A stretch of DNA of 64,000 nucleotides from the NCBI GenBank assembly GCA_965200965.1, contig OZ241744.1, positions 1,088,001-1,152,000 of the forward strand, in the 5' to 3' direction. The notes beneath the pieces are model-generated. The model had not been told where the DNA came from. It was given only the letters and a program-made list of their open reading frames with translations, and made no database searches. Position numbers and translations under genes: made by a program. Source of the stretch: an uncultured Candidatus Binatia bacterium (GTDB lineage: Bacteria; Desulfobacterota; Binatia; Bin18). Below, in pieces: positions 40,468 to 50,112 of the stretch (positions within the stretch are counted from its first letter, which is position 1; the number at the start of each line of letters is the position of its first letter).

Positions 40468-40775
40468 GTGTCTGAGCCCGCTGGCGAGTCGAATCTTCCC
40501 GTCAGGTGAGCCCATGCCCGCTCGTTGAGTGGCGTTGTCGGGAAGACCTGTTCGCAGAGGTTCAGCGCGTTGTCACCTTCCATGATCTTCACATGATCTT
40601 CAGGTACTCCAACGGCGTGTCGATGTTGTCGAGGTCGGCCTTCTGCCACCCTTCGGCGACCGCGTCGCTGTAGTCTGAAGTCTCAGGAATCGTCCTCCGG
40701 GTCGGCAGCCGACGAAAGAATGACCGAAGCCAGGGACAGGATCAGAGTCAAGGATAGATCGAAGCACTGCCGCAT
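40464..40775 (-). pseudogene. Possible decayed gene for a small secreted protein
   Basis: Signal-peptide-like MRQCFDLSLTLILSLASVILSSAA, then protein-like frames broken by a shift and an 11-bp tandem duplication (catgatcttca x2, 40581-40602). Confidence 0.35.
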
Positions 40776-40795
40776 ATCGTTACCCCCCTGGTTCT

Positions 40796-42745
40796 TCACC
40801 TGCCGATGGCGACGAGGACGTTCCATTGATGGCGAGCCTGATCCGTAACACCCGCAAGCGACGTCGAGCCGGACGGACCGATGAACACCGCGTGGACCGT
40901 CGCTTGTGGCCTCCAGTCCGGTGGGCGAGAGACGCGCAGCTTGAATCCGGTGAACAACAGGTCGAGGTTCGGCAGGCTGGATGTCCGTTGCGGGTCAACA
41001 CGGGTATATCCCGTGCGGGTCGCGCCGAGCAACCCCGCGCCGTTAAAGACCAGCACCTGAACGGCTTTGTCGGTCGCCGCGGGATCGTATGCCCAGCCGC
41101 TCACCGTGAAGGTGCCGTCGCCGTTGCGCCACACCCCATCCACATGACCGGGCACATGCCCCTCAAGAGCAATCTCCCTCCCGCGGTGTTGGAGCACGCC
41201 CCGTTCGACATCGAACCGCGTGTGCTCCGGTGTATAGCGGCTGTCGGCCAAGCGAATTCGTGCGCTGTCCCCGGCAACCACGAGCAGACCGATCAACAGC
41301 ACGGCCAGGATCAGGAATCTCTCGCATCGCAACGTCAGTCCCGGCAGCGCGAGCGGCGGGCGTCGGCGGGCGTCGGCGGTCAGCGTCCCCGCGGCAAGCC
41401 CGGCCGTCAGCACGAATTGAATGACATTCTGCGGGGTCCACGCTGAGCGATCGACACCGAAGACGAGCAGCACGGCCGCCAGCAGGGCGACTCGGGCGGC
41501 CGCGCCGGTGTCCCGCGGCCTCGTGGGAATTGTATTAACGAGCAGACTGGCGACAAAACCCGTGACAAGGAGAATACCGAACGTTCCGAGTTCGCCCCAG
41601 ACATGCAGCGGAAAATTATGGGGAAACGAGGTCACGAACTTCTGGCGCAGCCATGGCGAGCTCCAGGTCGGCAGCGTCTCCGGATAGGGCAGTCTCGCGC
41701 CGAAGACCTCGCGGAATGGCATCCTCGGCAACTCCCAGTAAGCCCCGAACCCGAGACCGGTCCAGGGACGCCGTTTGATCAGTTCAGCCCAATACTCCCA
41801 TCGAACGAGCCGCTTCACAATGCGCCGTTTCACGGTGCGGGACCAGCTGGCACCGGATTCGTCGTAAGAAACAACCTTGGAAACAACCTTTGGGTGGGCC
41901 GTGAACCAGAGCCAGCCCGCTTTCGCTCCGAGCGGAGCGCCGAGGAATGCTACGAGGAGTGCGACCAGCGCTATTCGATGCACGAACCGAGGCACCCAGC
42001 ACGCCGCGAAAAACACACCGATGCTGACAACGAATATCAACTTGGTTGACCCCGAGTATCCGGTGGCGATAACAAGCGCGGTCAGAACGAAGACGCTCGC
42101 CGCGGCGAGCCAGCTTCGCCGGGTCGCCGGCCGCAGCGCTGCCAGCGCTATCCAGGCCAGAAAGAGAGCCCAAACCGAGGTCGCCCTCTCAGTGTAATGG
42201 CTGAATTGCATGTTGGTAACGCTCTCGATCCGTAGCCCTCCTGAGGCCAGGCCCGAATTCAGCAGGCTCCCAATACCAGCCCGCACGTCGAATCCAATGT
42301 TGTCCAGCACACCGGCCAGGGACAGTGCGATGCAGATTCCACACAGAATACGGGCCCCGAGCGCTGCATGGTTCAGCGCGAGCAGAATAGGCAGGCCGAG
42401 CGCGACTGACAGCAAAAAGTCACTCACACGCCCCCACGACGAAAAAACGGACGGATTGAGCGTCGTCCCCAACGCTGCATACACCAGCAGCGCACCGAAC
42501 CAGTATCCCCAGGGCGCAAAGCGAATCCGACAGCCGGCGGCGGCAATCGCCGTGAGTCCAAGGAACGATAAAACGGGGAAAAATATGAGCTCCTGCTGTC
42601 GTAGATGTGCGTGCTGGAAGAGAAACGTCCAGATAGAGACCCACGACAGAATCGCGAGAGATGCCCAGTGCAGCGGTCCGGTTCGGTCGAACATCGGGGT
42701 TGGTGGACCGTCTTTCAATTCCAACGCCATGCGGAGCTTCACCAT
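40796..42745 (-). CDS. O-antigen ligase/polymerase-like (Wzy_C) membrane protein with a C-terminal soluble domain
   Basis: About 12 TMs, RPWTGLGFGAY, PHNFPLHVWGELGTFG. The C-terminal extension reads GHVD...VSGWAYDP...TGF. Start uncertain (42811/42745). Confidence 0.8.
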   Translation of the reverse strand: MVKLRMALELKDGPPTPMFDRTGPLHWASLAILSWVSIWTFLFQHAHLRQQELIFFPVLSFLGLTAIAAAGCRIRFAPWGYWFGALLVYAALGTTLNPSVFSSWGRVSDFLLSVALGLPILLALNHAALGARILCGICIALSLAGVLDNIGFDVRAGIGSLLNSGLASGGLRIESVTNMQFSHYTERATSVWALFLAWIALAALRPATRRSWLAAASVFVLTALVIATGYSGSTKLIFVVSIGVFFAACWVPRFVHRIALVALLVAFLGAPLGAKAGWLWFTAHPKVVSKVVSYDESGASWSRTVKRRIVKRLVRWEYWAELIKRRPWTGLGFGAYWELPRMPFREVFGARLPYPETLPTWSSPWLRQKFVTSFPHNFPLHVWGELGTFGILLVTGFVASLLVNTIPTRPRDTGAAARVALLAAVLLVFGVDRSAWTPQNVIQFVLTAGLAAGTLTADARRRPPLALPGLTLRCERFLILAVLLIGLLVVAGDSARIRLADSRYTPEHTRFDVERGVLQHRGREIALEGHVPGHVDGVWRNGDGTFTVSGWAYDPAATDKAVQVLVFNGAGLLGATRTGYTRVDPQRTSSLPNLDLLFTGFKLRVSRPPDWRPQATVHAVFIGPSGSTSLAGVTDQARHQWNVLVAIGR

Positions 42746-42771
42746 CCCCTCCCCGGACAAAGATTCCACAT

Positions 42772-43752
42772 TCAAAGACGATCCAACCACGGCGCAAGTT
42801 CTCGAATCCATGCCTTTCTGAACTTCTCAAACGTGTACCCGGCCGCGGTCCGTCTGCCGCGGCGCACGAGCTTCATGGCCAGCGCATCGTCCAACAGCAG
42901 GCCGGCGAACAGATCGGCGAGCCGCGGAAAATCAGGATAGCCGCACGCCAAGGCATTCTTCCGGTTTCGGAAATAGCTTCCGCCACATCCGTGAAACCCG
43001 ACGACCGCGGTTCCACACAGCATGGCTTCCAGCGGTGGCAGCCCGAACCCTTCGATAGCGGACAGCCACAGAAAGTAACGGTGCCCGGACATCATGCGCA
43101 GCACCTCGGGATGTGGAGTATTGGGCGGGATGTGCGTCGGCGAAAACGTCACGCCAGGATGTCTGGCGTTCAGCATCGACGTGAAGTGATCGAGAAACTG
43201 CTCGCCGTACACCTTGACGCCGACCAGCACCGACCCTTCCGGCCGGTCTTCCCAAGTGGGCAAGGGCTGCGGCAGATGATCGTGATGGATGAACGGTGCG
43301 ATGACCGGCAGCCTCATGCCATAGGTCCGCCGAACGAACGCAGCGACGAACGGTGACACGGCGACATATTTATCGAAGAATCCATCAATGATCTCGAAGG
43401 TTTTCACGTCCTGGACATACATCAACTTCGAGCCGGGAAACGACAACCCCAGCATGAGACCGGAGAACGAAGGATTGCAGATCAGGACATCGTTTCGACC
43501 GGCCTGTTGTATCATCTCAGGCAGGCTGACTTTCCGGTTTGGTGGCTCATACGACCAGACGGCGTGGCTTTCCCTTTCCGCATCAACCTCTACCGCGACA
43601 AATTCATACCCCCATTCGTCGCATATGATTCTGCCCAGGTGGTAGGCCATGTAGGTGCCGCCATTCGGGATATGGGCACCCACGACATACAGGCGTCCTT
43701 GGCTGCCGCCAGCCGGCCTGGTATCCGTGCCTCGAATGTCGGCGTGTCTCAA
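42772..43752 (-). CDS. Glycosyltransferase (GT4/GT-B like)
   Basis: EGFGLPPLEAMLCG nucleotide-sugar-binding motif, GGTYMAY, YVQD. Confidence 0.8.
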   Translation of the reverse strand: MRHADIRGTDTRPAGGSQGRLYVVGAHIPNGGTYMAYHLGRIICDEWGYEFVAVEVDAERESHAVWSYEPPNRKVSLPEMIQQAGRNDVLICNPSFSGLMLGLSFPGSKLMYVQDVKTFEIIDGFFDKYVAVSPFVAAFVRRTYGMRLPVIAPFIHHDHLPQPLPTWEDRPEGSVLVGVKVYGEQFLDHFTSMLNARHPGVTFSPTHIPPNTPHPEVLRMMSGHRYFLWLSAIEGFGLPPLEAMLCGTAVVGFHGCGGSYFRNRKNALACGYPDFPRLADLFAGLLLDDALAMKLVRRGRRTAAGYTFEKFRKAWIRELAPWLDRL

Positions 43753-46272
43753 GAGCGTGCTCCCGATGAGGCCGGAACGGGCCAGCTCACCTGATCGGCC
43801 ACAGGAAATTCAACTGCCCAGACCGGCTTCTCGCTGGCAACCTGCCCGGTGCGGAGCCGTGCCAGAGGATAGGCCGGCAGCCGCACCGTCGCCAGACACT
43901 TGTCAGCAAACCGCGCCGCCTGCTGTACATGCGGCAGGTGCCGCCGGTGGAAGCTGAAATCCAGGACCGCAAACCCCAAGGACCGCTGCGCAGCGGCCAG
44001 CACCGCCCGGTCCCGGGGGAAGACATGCAGGAAGAAGCGCCCCCGCGTGTCCGCCCGCTGACACCCCTCTTTGACATACGTCAGGGTCCGCCCCTCCAGG
44101 TACAGGGCAAAGGCAGAGCGGGCCACCGGCGGGGCCGCCACCACCGCCCGGTATCGCGCCTCAAGCAGGTCGGTCGCACGCACGCCAGCAGCCGACCACG
44201 CCAGGGCAACGTGCCAGCGATCCACGCCCCCGGGGGCGATCAGGCGGGCTTCAAGGGTTTGGATCGCATACGGGGGCAGCAGGGGCCGGAGCAGACACGC
44301 CCCGTCAACGCGGACCCCGTAATCGGAAAAAATGAAGCCTCGCATCCAACGCCACGCGAGGCGGCCGGCAGCAGGACCCACCGTTTGCCTATCCCAGCCC
44401 TGGCCGAGGTTTGGCCTCCAACGCCACCCGGGGCGGCCAGCAGCGGCAGCGGGGTCCACGGGCACGACATGGACCACGAAACGCCCCCGCACATCGGCCG
44501 GCCGGCAGGGGGCCTTCACCCAGGTCAGGGTGGTCCCGTCCAGGTACAGGTCGAACGCCGAGCGGAGGAGGGGCGGCCCGGCGGTGGTGGCCCGGTAGAG
44601 TTGCCGGTAGCGCTCGACGGTGGCCGCGTCCACCAGGGCCGGGTCGCTTGCGCTCACCGTGAGGATGGTGTTGTTGTAGACTTGGCGGGTGTAGACAACG
44701 GGTGCGAAGGGGTGATCAAAGCGGTCTCCCCACCCAGTGAACACATGAGAGGTCACATAAAAGTCCCCCTCCTCCTCCATTCCATCGGCAAAGACGAGGC
44801 GACGCCGGTCTGCCTTGGGCAGGATGTCCCGGTTCATGGTGTACTGGAAGCCGGGACGGCCGCGGGGACGGTCCGGCACGAGAGAGATGGGTGAGGCGGG
44901 ATAGTGCTGGAGCAGATATTCCAGCCCCTCCCGGTACACCATCCGCCAGTAGTCCATGCCGTACTGCCCACGCAGATACTCGGGCGTACTCCGGTCCACC
45001 AGCCGGTTGAAATAGATGTACTGATGGGGATGAATCCCAACCATTTCGATGACCACGCCAGCCAGGCCAGCCACGGCCAGGCCATAGACACCGGCCCGCA
45101 GGGCCGGCCAGCGGCACACGCCAGCCAGCCGCCGCAGACCAGCCACGGCCAGCACACACAGCGGGGCGTAGAGGAAATACATCTGCCGCCAGCCGTTGTG
45201 GACATTGGCATTGAGGACGATGACGGCCCCAACGGGCAGGAGCACACAGGCCGCGAGCAGCCCCTCAAAGCGGGTGGTGGGGTTGCGGAGCAGCTCGCCG
45301 GGGTGGGTCAGAGTACGCCAGAGTACGCCAGCCGCCCCGATGAGGCTCAGCAGCAGCACGCCCGGCGGGGTGGTGATGGCCAGCCAGGTCGGAATGTAGT
45401 GCGCCGGAATGGCCGGCCAGTGGATGAGTTCGCCTTGAAAGAGCATAGGAGGACGGGTAGGGTGCTGGGAGAGGACTGCAATCGCGTCAAGCAGTTCCAG
45501 GGGATTGCTCCACAGATGGGGCGAGACCGCATACAGCGTCAAGACACTGGCCAGCCCGAACACCCCCAGCGTCCTCCCCACCTGCCGCCGCTCCGCCCGA
45601 TTTCCCGCCCGCACCCAATCCACTACCCGCATCACCATCACCGCCACAAACAATCCCCCACCCATGATGCGTAAGTTCGTTGCGACCCCCACCCCCACCC
45701 CACACAGCGCATACCCCCCCCCCCCGCTGCCACGCCCGGTGAATCAGGGCCAGACAGCCCAGGAAGGCCACCAGGAAGGGGATGTCCTTGGTGTTGAAAA
45801 ACGAGTGGGCATACAGCCGGGGATGGAGGACGAAGAGGCCGAGGGCCAGCAGGGCCAGCCAGCGGCTGCCGAACAGCCGGGCGGCCAGCCAGGCCGCGCC
45901 CCCGCCGCCAGCCAGAAAGCACAGGTGGGTGAGCAGATGGCGGCTCAAGTAGATGGCGCGGCTGTCGGTGAGGCCGAGCAGCCGCTCAACCAGCACCAGC
46001 GGCACTTCGAAGACAACGCCGTAGTAGCGGTTGTGGGGGGGACCGGGGGGGCCCAGGGTCTCGGTGTCGCCCAACGCATAGGCGACTGCCGTCTGGACAA
46101 TTCGGCGCTGATCTGTCTCGTCCCACGTCACCCCGTAATCGTCAAGGACGGCCATACCCACTACGGCCAGGACCGCCAGGGCCAGCAGAACACTGTGGCG
46201 GGCCACGAAGGCCACCGCCGCCGTGGACCAGCGGCCCACGCCCCGGACGACAGAGGGACGGCCGCTGGTCAT
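43749..46272 (-). pseudogene. Array unit 8 (last): GT-C-like glycosyltransferase with 2 C-terminal domains, frameshifted in a G12 tract
   Basis: Split into ORFs 45487-46272 and 43749-45698. The break is at C12 (45714-45725, + strand). Confidence 0.75.
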
Positions 46273-47966
46273 TGAGGGACTCCCGGCAGGGGCGGCCCGG
46301 CGGTGGTGGCCCGGTACAGTTGCCGGTAGCGCTCGGCGGTGGCCGCATCCACCATGGCCGGGTCGATCACGCTCACCGTGAGGATGGTGTTGTTGTAGAC
46401 TTGGCGGGTGTAGACAACGGGTGCGGAGGGGCGATCAAGACTGTAGCTGTGATCGGGCACATGAAAGTCTCCCTCCTCCTCCATTCCGTCGGCAAAGACG
46501 ATGCGACGCCGGGCTGCCTTGGGCAGGATACCCCGGTTCATGATGTACGGAGGGATGTGGCTCAGCACTATAGAGATAGGTGAGGCGGGATGGCGCTGGA
46601 GCAGATATTCCAGCCCCTCCCGGTACGCCGTCTCCCAATAGTCCATCTGGTACTGCCCACGCAGGTACTCGGGCGTGTGCCGGTCCACCAACCGGTTGAA
46701 ATAGAGGTACTGATGGGGATGAATCCCAACCATTTCGATGACCACACCAGCCAGGCCAGCCACGGCCAGGCCATAGACACCGGCCCGCAGGGCCGGCCAG
46801 CGGCACACGCCAGCCAGCCGCCGCAGACCGGCCACGGCCAGCAGACACAGCGGGGCGTAGAGGAAATACATGTGCCGCCAGCCATTGTAGACATTGGCAT
46901 TCAGGACGATGACGGCCCCAACGGGCAGGAGCACGCAGGCCACGAGCAGGCCCTCAAAGCGGGTGGTGGGGTTGCGGAGCAACTCGCCGGGGTGGGTCAG
47001 AGTCCGCCAGAGCACACCAGCCGTCCCGATGAGGCTCAGCAGCAGCACGCCCGGCGGGGTGGTGATGGCCAGCCAGGTCGGAATGTAGTGGGCCGGAATG
47101 GCCGGCCAGCGGATTGCCTCGCCTTGAAAGAGCATAGGAGGACGGTAAGGGTGCTGGGAGAGAACTGCAATCGCGTCAAGCAGTTCCAGCGGATTGCCCC
47201 ACAGATAGGGCGAGACCGCATACAGCGTCAAGGCACTGGCCAGCCCGAACACCCCCAGCGTCCTCCCCACCTGCCGCCGTTCCGCCCGACTCCCCGCCCA
47301 CACCCAATCCACCACCCGCATCACCATCACCGCCACAAACAATCCCCCACCCATGATGCGTAAGTTCGTTGCGACCCCCACCCCCACCCCACACAGCGCA
47401 TACGCCCCCACCCCCCCCCGCTGCCACGCCCGGTGAATCAGGGCCAGACAGCCCAGGAAGGCCACCAGGAAGGGGATGTCCTTGGTGTTGAAAAACGAGT
47501 GGGCATACAGCCGGGGATGGAGGACGAAGAGGCCGAGGGCCAGCAGGGCCAGCCAGCGGCTGCCGAACAGCCGGGAGGCCAGCCAGGCCGCGCCCCCGCC
47601 GCCGGCCAGAAAGCAGAGGTGGGTGAGCAGATGGCGGCTCAAGTGGATGGCGCGGCTGTCGGTGAGACCCAGCAGCCGCTCAACCAGCACCAGCGGCACT
47701 TCGAAGACAACGCCGTAGTAGCGGTTGTGGGAGGGACCGGGGGGGCGCAGGGTCTCGGTGTCGCCCAGCGCATAGGCGATTGCCGTCTGGGCAATTCGGC
47801 GTTGGGCTGTCTCGTCCCACGCCACCCCGTAATCGTCAAGGACGGCCACGCCCACCACGGCCAGGACCGCCAGGGCCAGCAGGACACTGTGGGCGGCCAC
47901 GAAGGCCACCGCCGCCGTGCCCCAGCCGGCCACGGACCGGGGAACGGAGGGACGCCCGCTGGTCAT
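46269..47966 (-). CDS. Array unit 7: GT-C-like glycosyltransferase, 565 aa, no C-terminal domain
   Basis: DDYG..WDE, YYG, HPRLYAHSFFNTKDIPF, YNGWRHMYFLY; ends TTAGPPLPGVPQ. Confidence 0.8.
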   Translation of the reverse strand: MTSGRPSVPRSVAGWGTAAVAFVAAHSVLLALAVLAVVGVAVLDDYGVAWDETAQRRIAQTAIAYALGDTETLRPPGPSHNRYYGVVFEVPLVLVERLLGLTDSRAIHLSRHLLTHLCFLAGGGGAAWLASRLFGSRWLALLALGLFVLHPRLYAHSFFNTKDIPFLVAFLGCLALIHRAWQRGGVGAYALCGVGVGVATNLRIMGGGLFVAVMVMRVVDWVWAGSRAERRQVGRTLGVFGLASALTLYAVSPYLWGNPLELLDAIAVLSQHPYRPPMLFQGEAIRWPAIPAHYIPTWLAITTPPGVLLLSLIGTAGVLWRTLTHPGELLRNPTTRFEGLLVACVLLPVGAVIVLNANVYNGWRHMYFLYAPLCLLAVAGLRRLAGVCRWPALRAGVYGLAVAGLAGVVIEMVGIHPHQYLYFNRLVDRHTPEYLRGQYQMDYWETAYREGLEYLLQRHPASPISIVLSHIPPYIMNRGILPKAARRRIVFADGMEEEGDFHVPDHSYSLDRPSAPVVYTRQVYNNTILTVSVIDPAMVDAATAERYRQLYRATTAGPPLPGVPQ

Positions 47967-50112
47967 TGAGAGACTCCCGGCAGGGGCCGCCCAGCCCCGC
48001 CTCGCTCCGGCAACGCCACGTCCACCGCCCAGCCCCCGCCCGCCTCAGCGACCTGCCCGGTGCGCAGCCGTGCCAGAGGATAGGCCGGCAGCCGCACCGT
48101 CGCCAGACACTTGTCAGCAAACCGCGCCGCCTGCTGCACATGCGGCATGGCGTGCCACCCGTCAAAACCGAAATCCAGGACCGCAAACCCCAAGGACCGC
48201 CGCGCAGCGGCCAGCACCGCCCGGTCCCGGGGGAAGACCTCCAGGAAGAAGCGCCCCCGCGTGTCCGCCGGCTGACACCCCGCTTTGACATACGTCAAGG
48301 TCCGCCCCTCCAGGTACAGGGCAAAGGCAGAGCGGGCCACCGGCGGGGCCGCCACCACCGCCCGGTACCGCGCCTCAAGCAGGTCGGTGGCACGCACGCC
48401 AGCAGCCGACCACGCCAGGGCAACGTGCCAGCGATCCACGCCCTCAGGGGCGACCAGGCGGGCTCTAAGGGTTCGGATCGCATAGGGGGGCAGCGGGGGC
48501 CGGAGCAGACACGTCCCGTCAAAGCGGACCCCGTAATCGTAAAAATCGAAATGCAGGATTTCAATGCCTAGCCCCGGCCGCCACCCGGGGCGGTCGGCAG
48601 CGGCAGCGGGGTCCACGGGCACCACATAGACCACGAAGCGCCCCCGCACATCGTCCACGCGGCAGGGGGCCTTCGCCCAGCCCAAGGTGGCCCCGTCCAG
48701 GTACAGGTCAAACTCTGAGCGGAGGAGAGGCGGCCCGGCTGTGGTGGCCCAGTAGAGTTGCCGGTAGCGCTCGGCGGTGGCCGCCAGCCGGCTGAAATAG
48801 AGGTGCTGGTAGGGATGAAGCCCAACCATTTCGATGACCACGCCAGCCAAGCCAGCCACGGCCAGGCCATAGACACCGGCCCGCAGGGCCGGCCAGCGAC
48901 ACACACCAGCCAGCCGCCGCAGACCAGCCACGGCCAGCACACACAGCGGGGCGTAGAGGAAATACATGTGCCGCCAGCCCTCGTAGACATTGGCATTGAG
49001 GACGATGACGGCCCCAACGGGCAGGAGCACACAGGCCACGAGCAGCCCCTCAAAGCGGATGGTGGGGTTGCGGAGCAACTCGCCGGGGTGCGTCAGAGTC
49101 CGCCAGAGCACGCCAGCCGCCCCGATGAGGCTCAGCAGCAGCACGCCCGGCGGGGTGGTGATGGCCAGCCAGGTCGGAATGTAGTGCGCCGGAAGGTCCG
49201 GCCAGCGGATGACCTCGCCTTGAAAGAGCATAGTAGGACGGTGAGAGTGCTGGGAGAGAACTGCAATCGCGTCAAGCAACTCCAAGGGATTGCCCCACAG
49301 ATAGGGCGAGACCGCATACAGCGTCAAGACACTGGCCAGCCCGAACACCCCCAGCGTCCTCCCCACCTGCCGCCGCTCCGCCCGATTTCCCGCCCGCACC
49401 CAATCCACCACCCGCATCACCACCACCGCCACAAACAATCCCCCACCCATGATGCGTAAGTTCGTTGCGACCCCCACCCCCACCCCACACAGCGCATACG
49501 CCCCCCCCCCCCCCGCTGCCACGCCCGGTGAATCAGGGCCAGACAGCCCAGGAAGGCCACCAGGAAGGGGATATCCTTGGTGTTGAAAAACGAGTGGGCA
49601 TACAGCCGGGGATGGAGGACGAAGAGGCCGAGGGCCAGCAGGGCCAGCCAGCGGCTGCCGAACAGCCGGGAGGCCAGCCAAGCCGCGCCCCCGCCGCCAG
49701 CCAGAAAGCACAGGTGGGTGAGCAGATGGCGGCTCAAGTAGATGGCGCGGCTGTCGGTGAGACCCAGCAGCCGCTCAACCAGGACCAGCGGTACTTCGAA
49801 GACGACACCGTAGTAGCGGAGGGGGGGACCGGGGGGGCGCAGGGTCTCGGTGTCGCCCAGCGCATAGGCGATTGCCGCTTGGCCGATCCCACGTTGATCC
49901 TTCGCCGAGTCCAGCGCCACCCCGTTCCAATATTCCCGATCCCCGTATTCCCGATCCCCGTCCCACAACACCCCGTAATCGTCAAGAACGGCCACGCCCA
50001 CCACGGCCAGGACGGCCAGGGCCAGCAGGACACTGTGGCGGGCCACGAAGGCCACCGCCGCCGTGCCCCAGCCGGCCACGGACCGGACGACAGAGGGACG
50101 CCCGCTGGTCAT
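47963..50112 (-). pseudogene. Array unit 6: GT-C-like glycosyltransferase, frameshifted in a G14 tract, with an internal deletion and a loop insertion
   Basis: Split into ORFs 49417-50256 and 47963-49711. The break is at C14 (49501-49514, + strand). Confidence 0.75.
49931..49960. repeat. 15-bp in-frame tandem duplication (GDREY x2)
   Basis: tattcccgatccccg twice. Confidence 0.9.
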
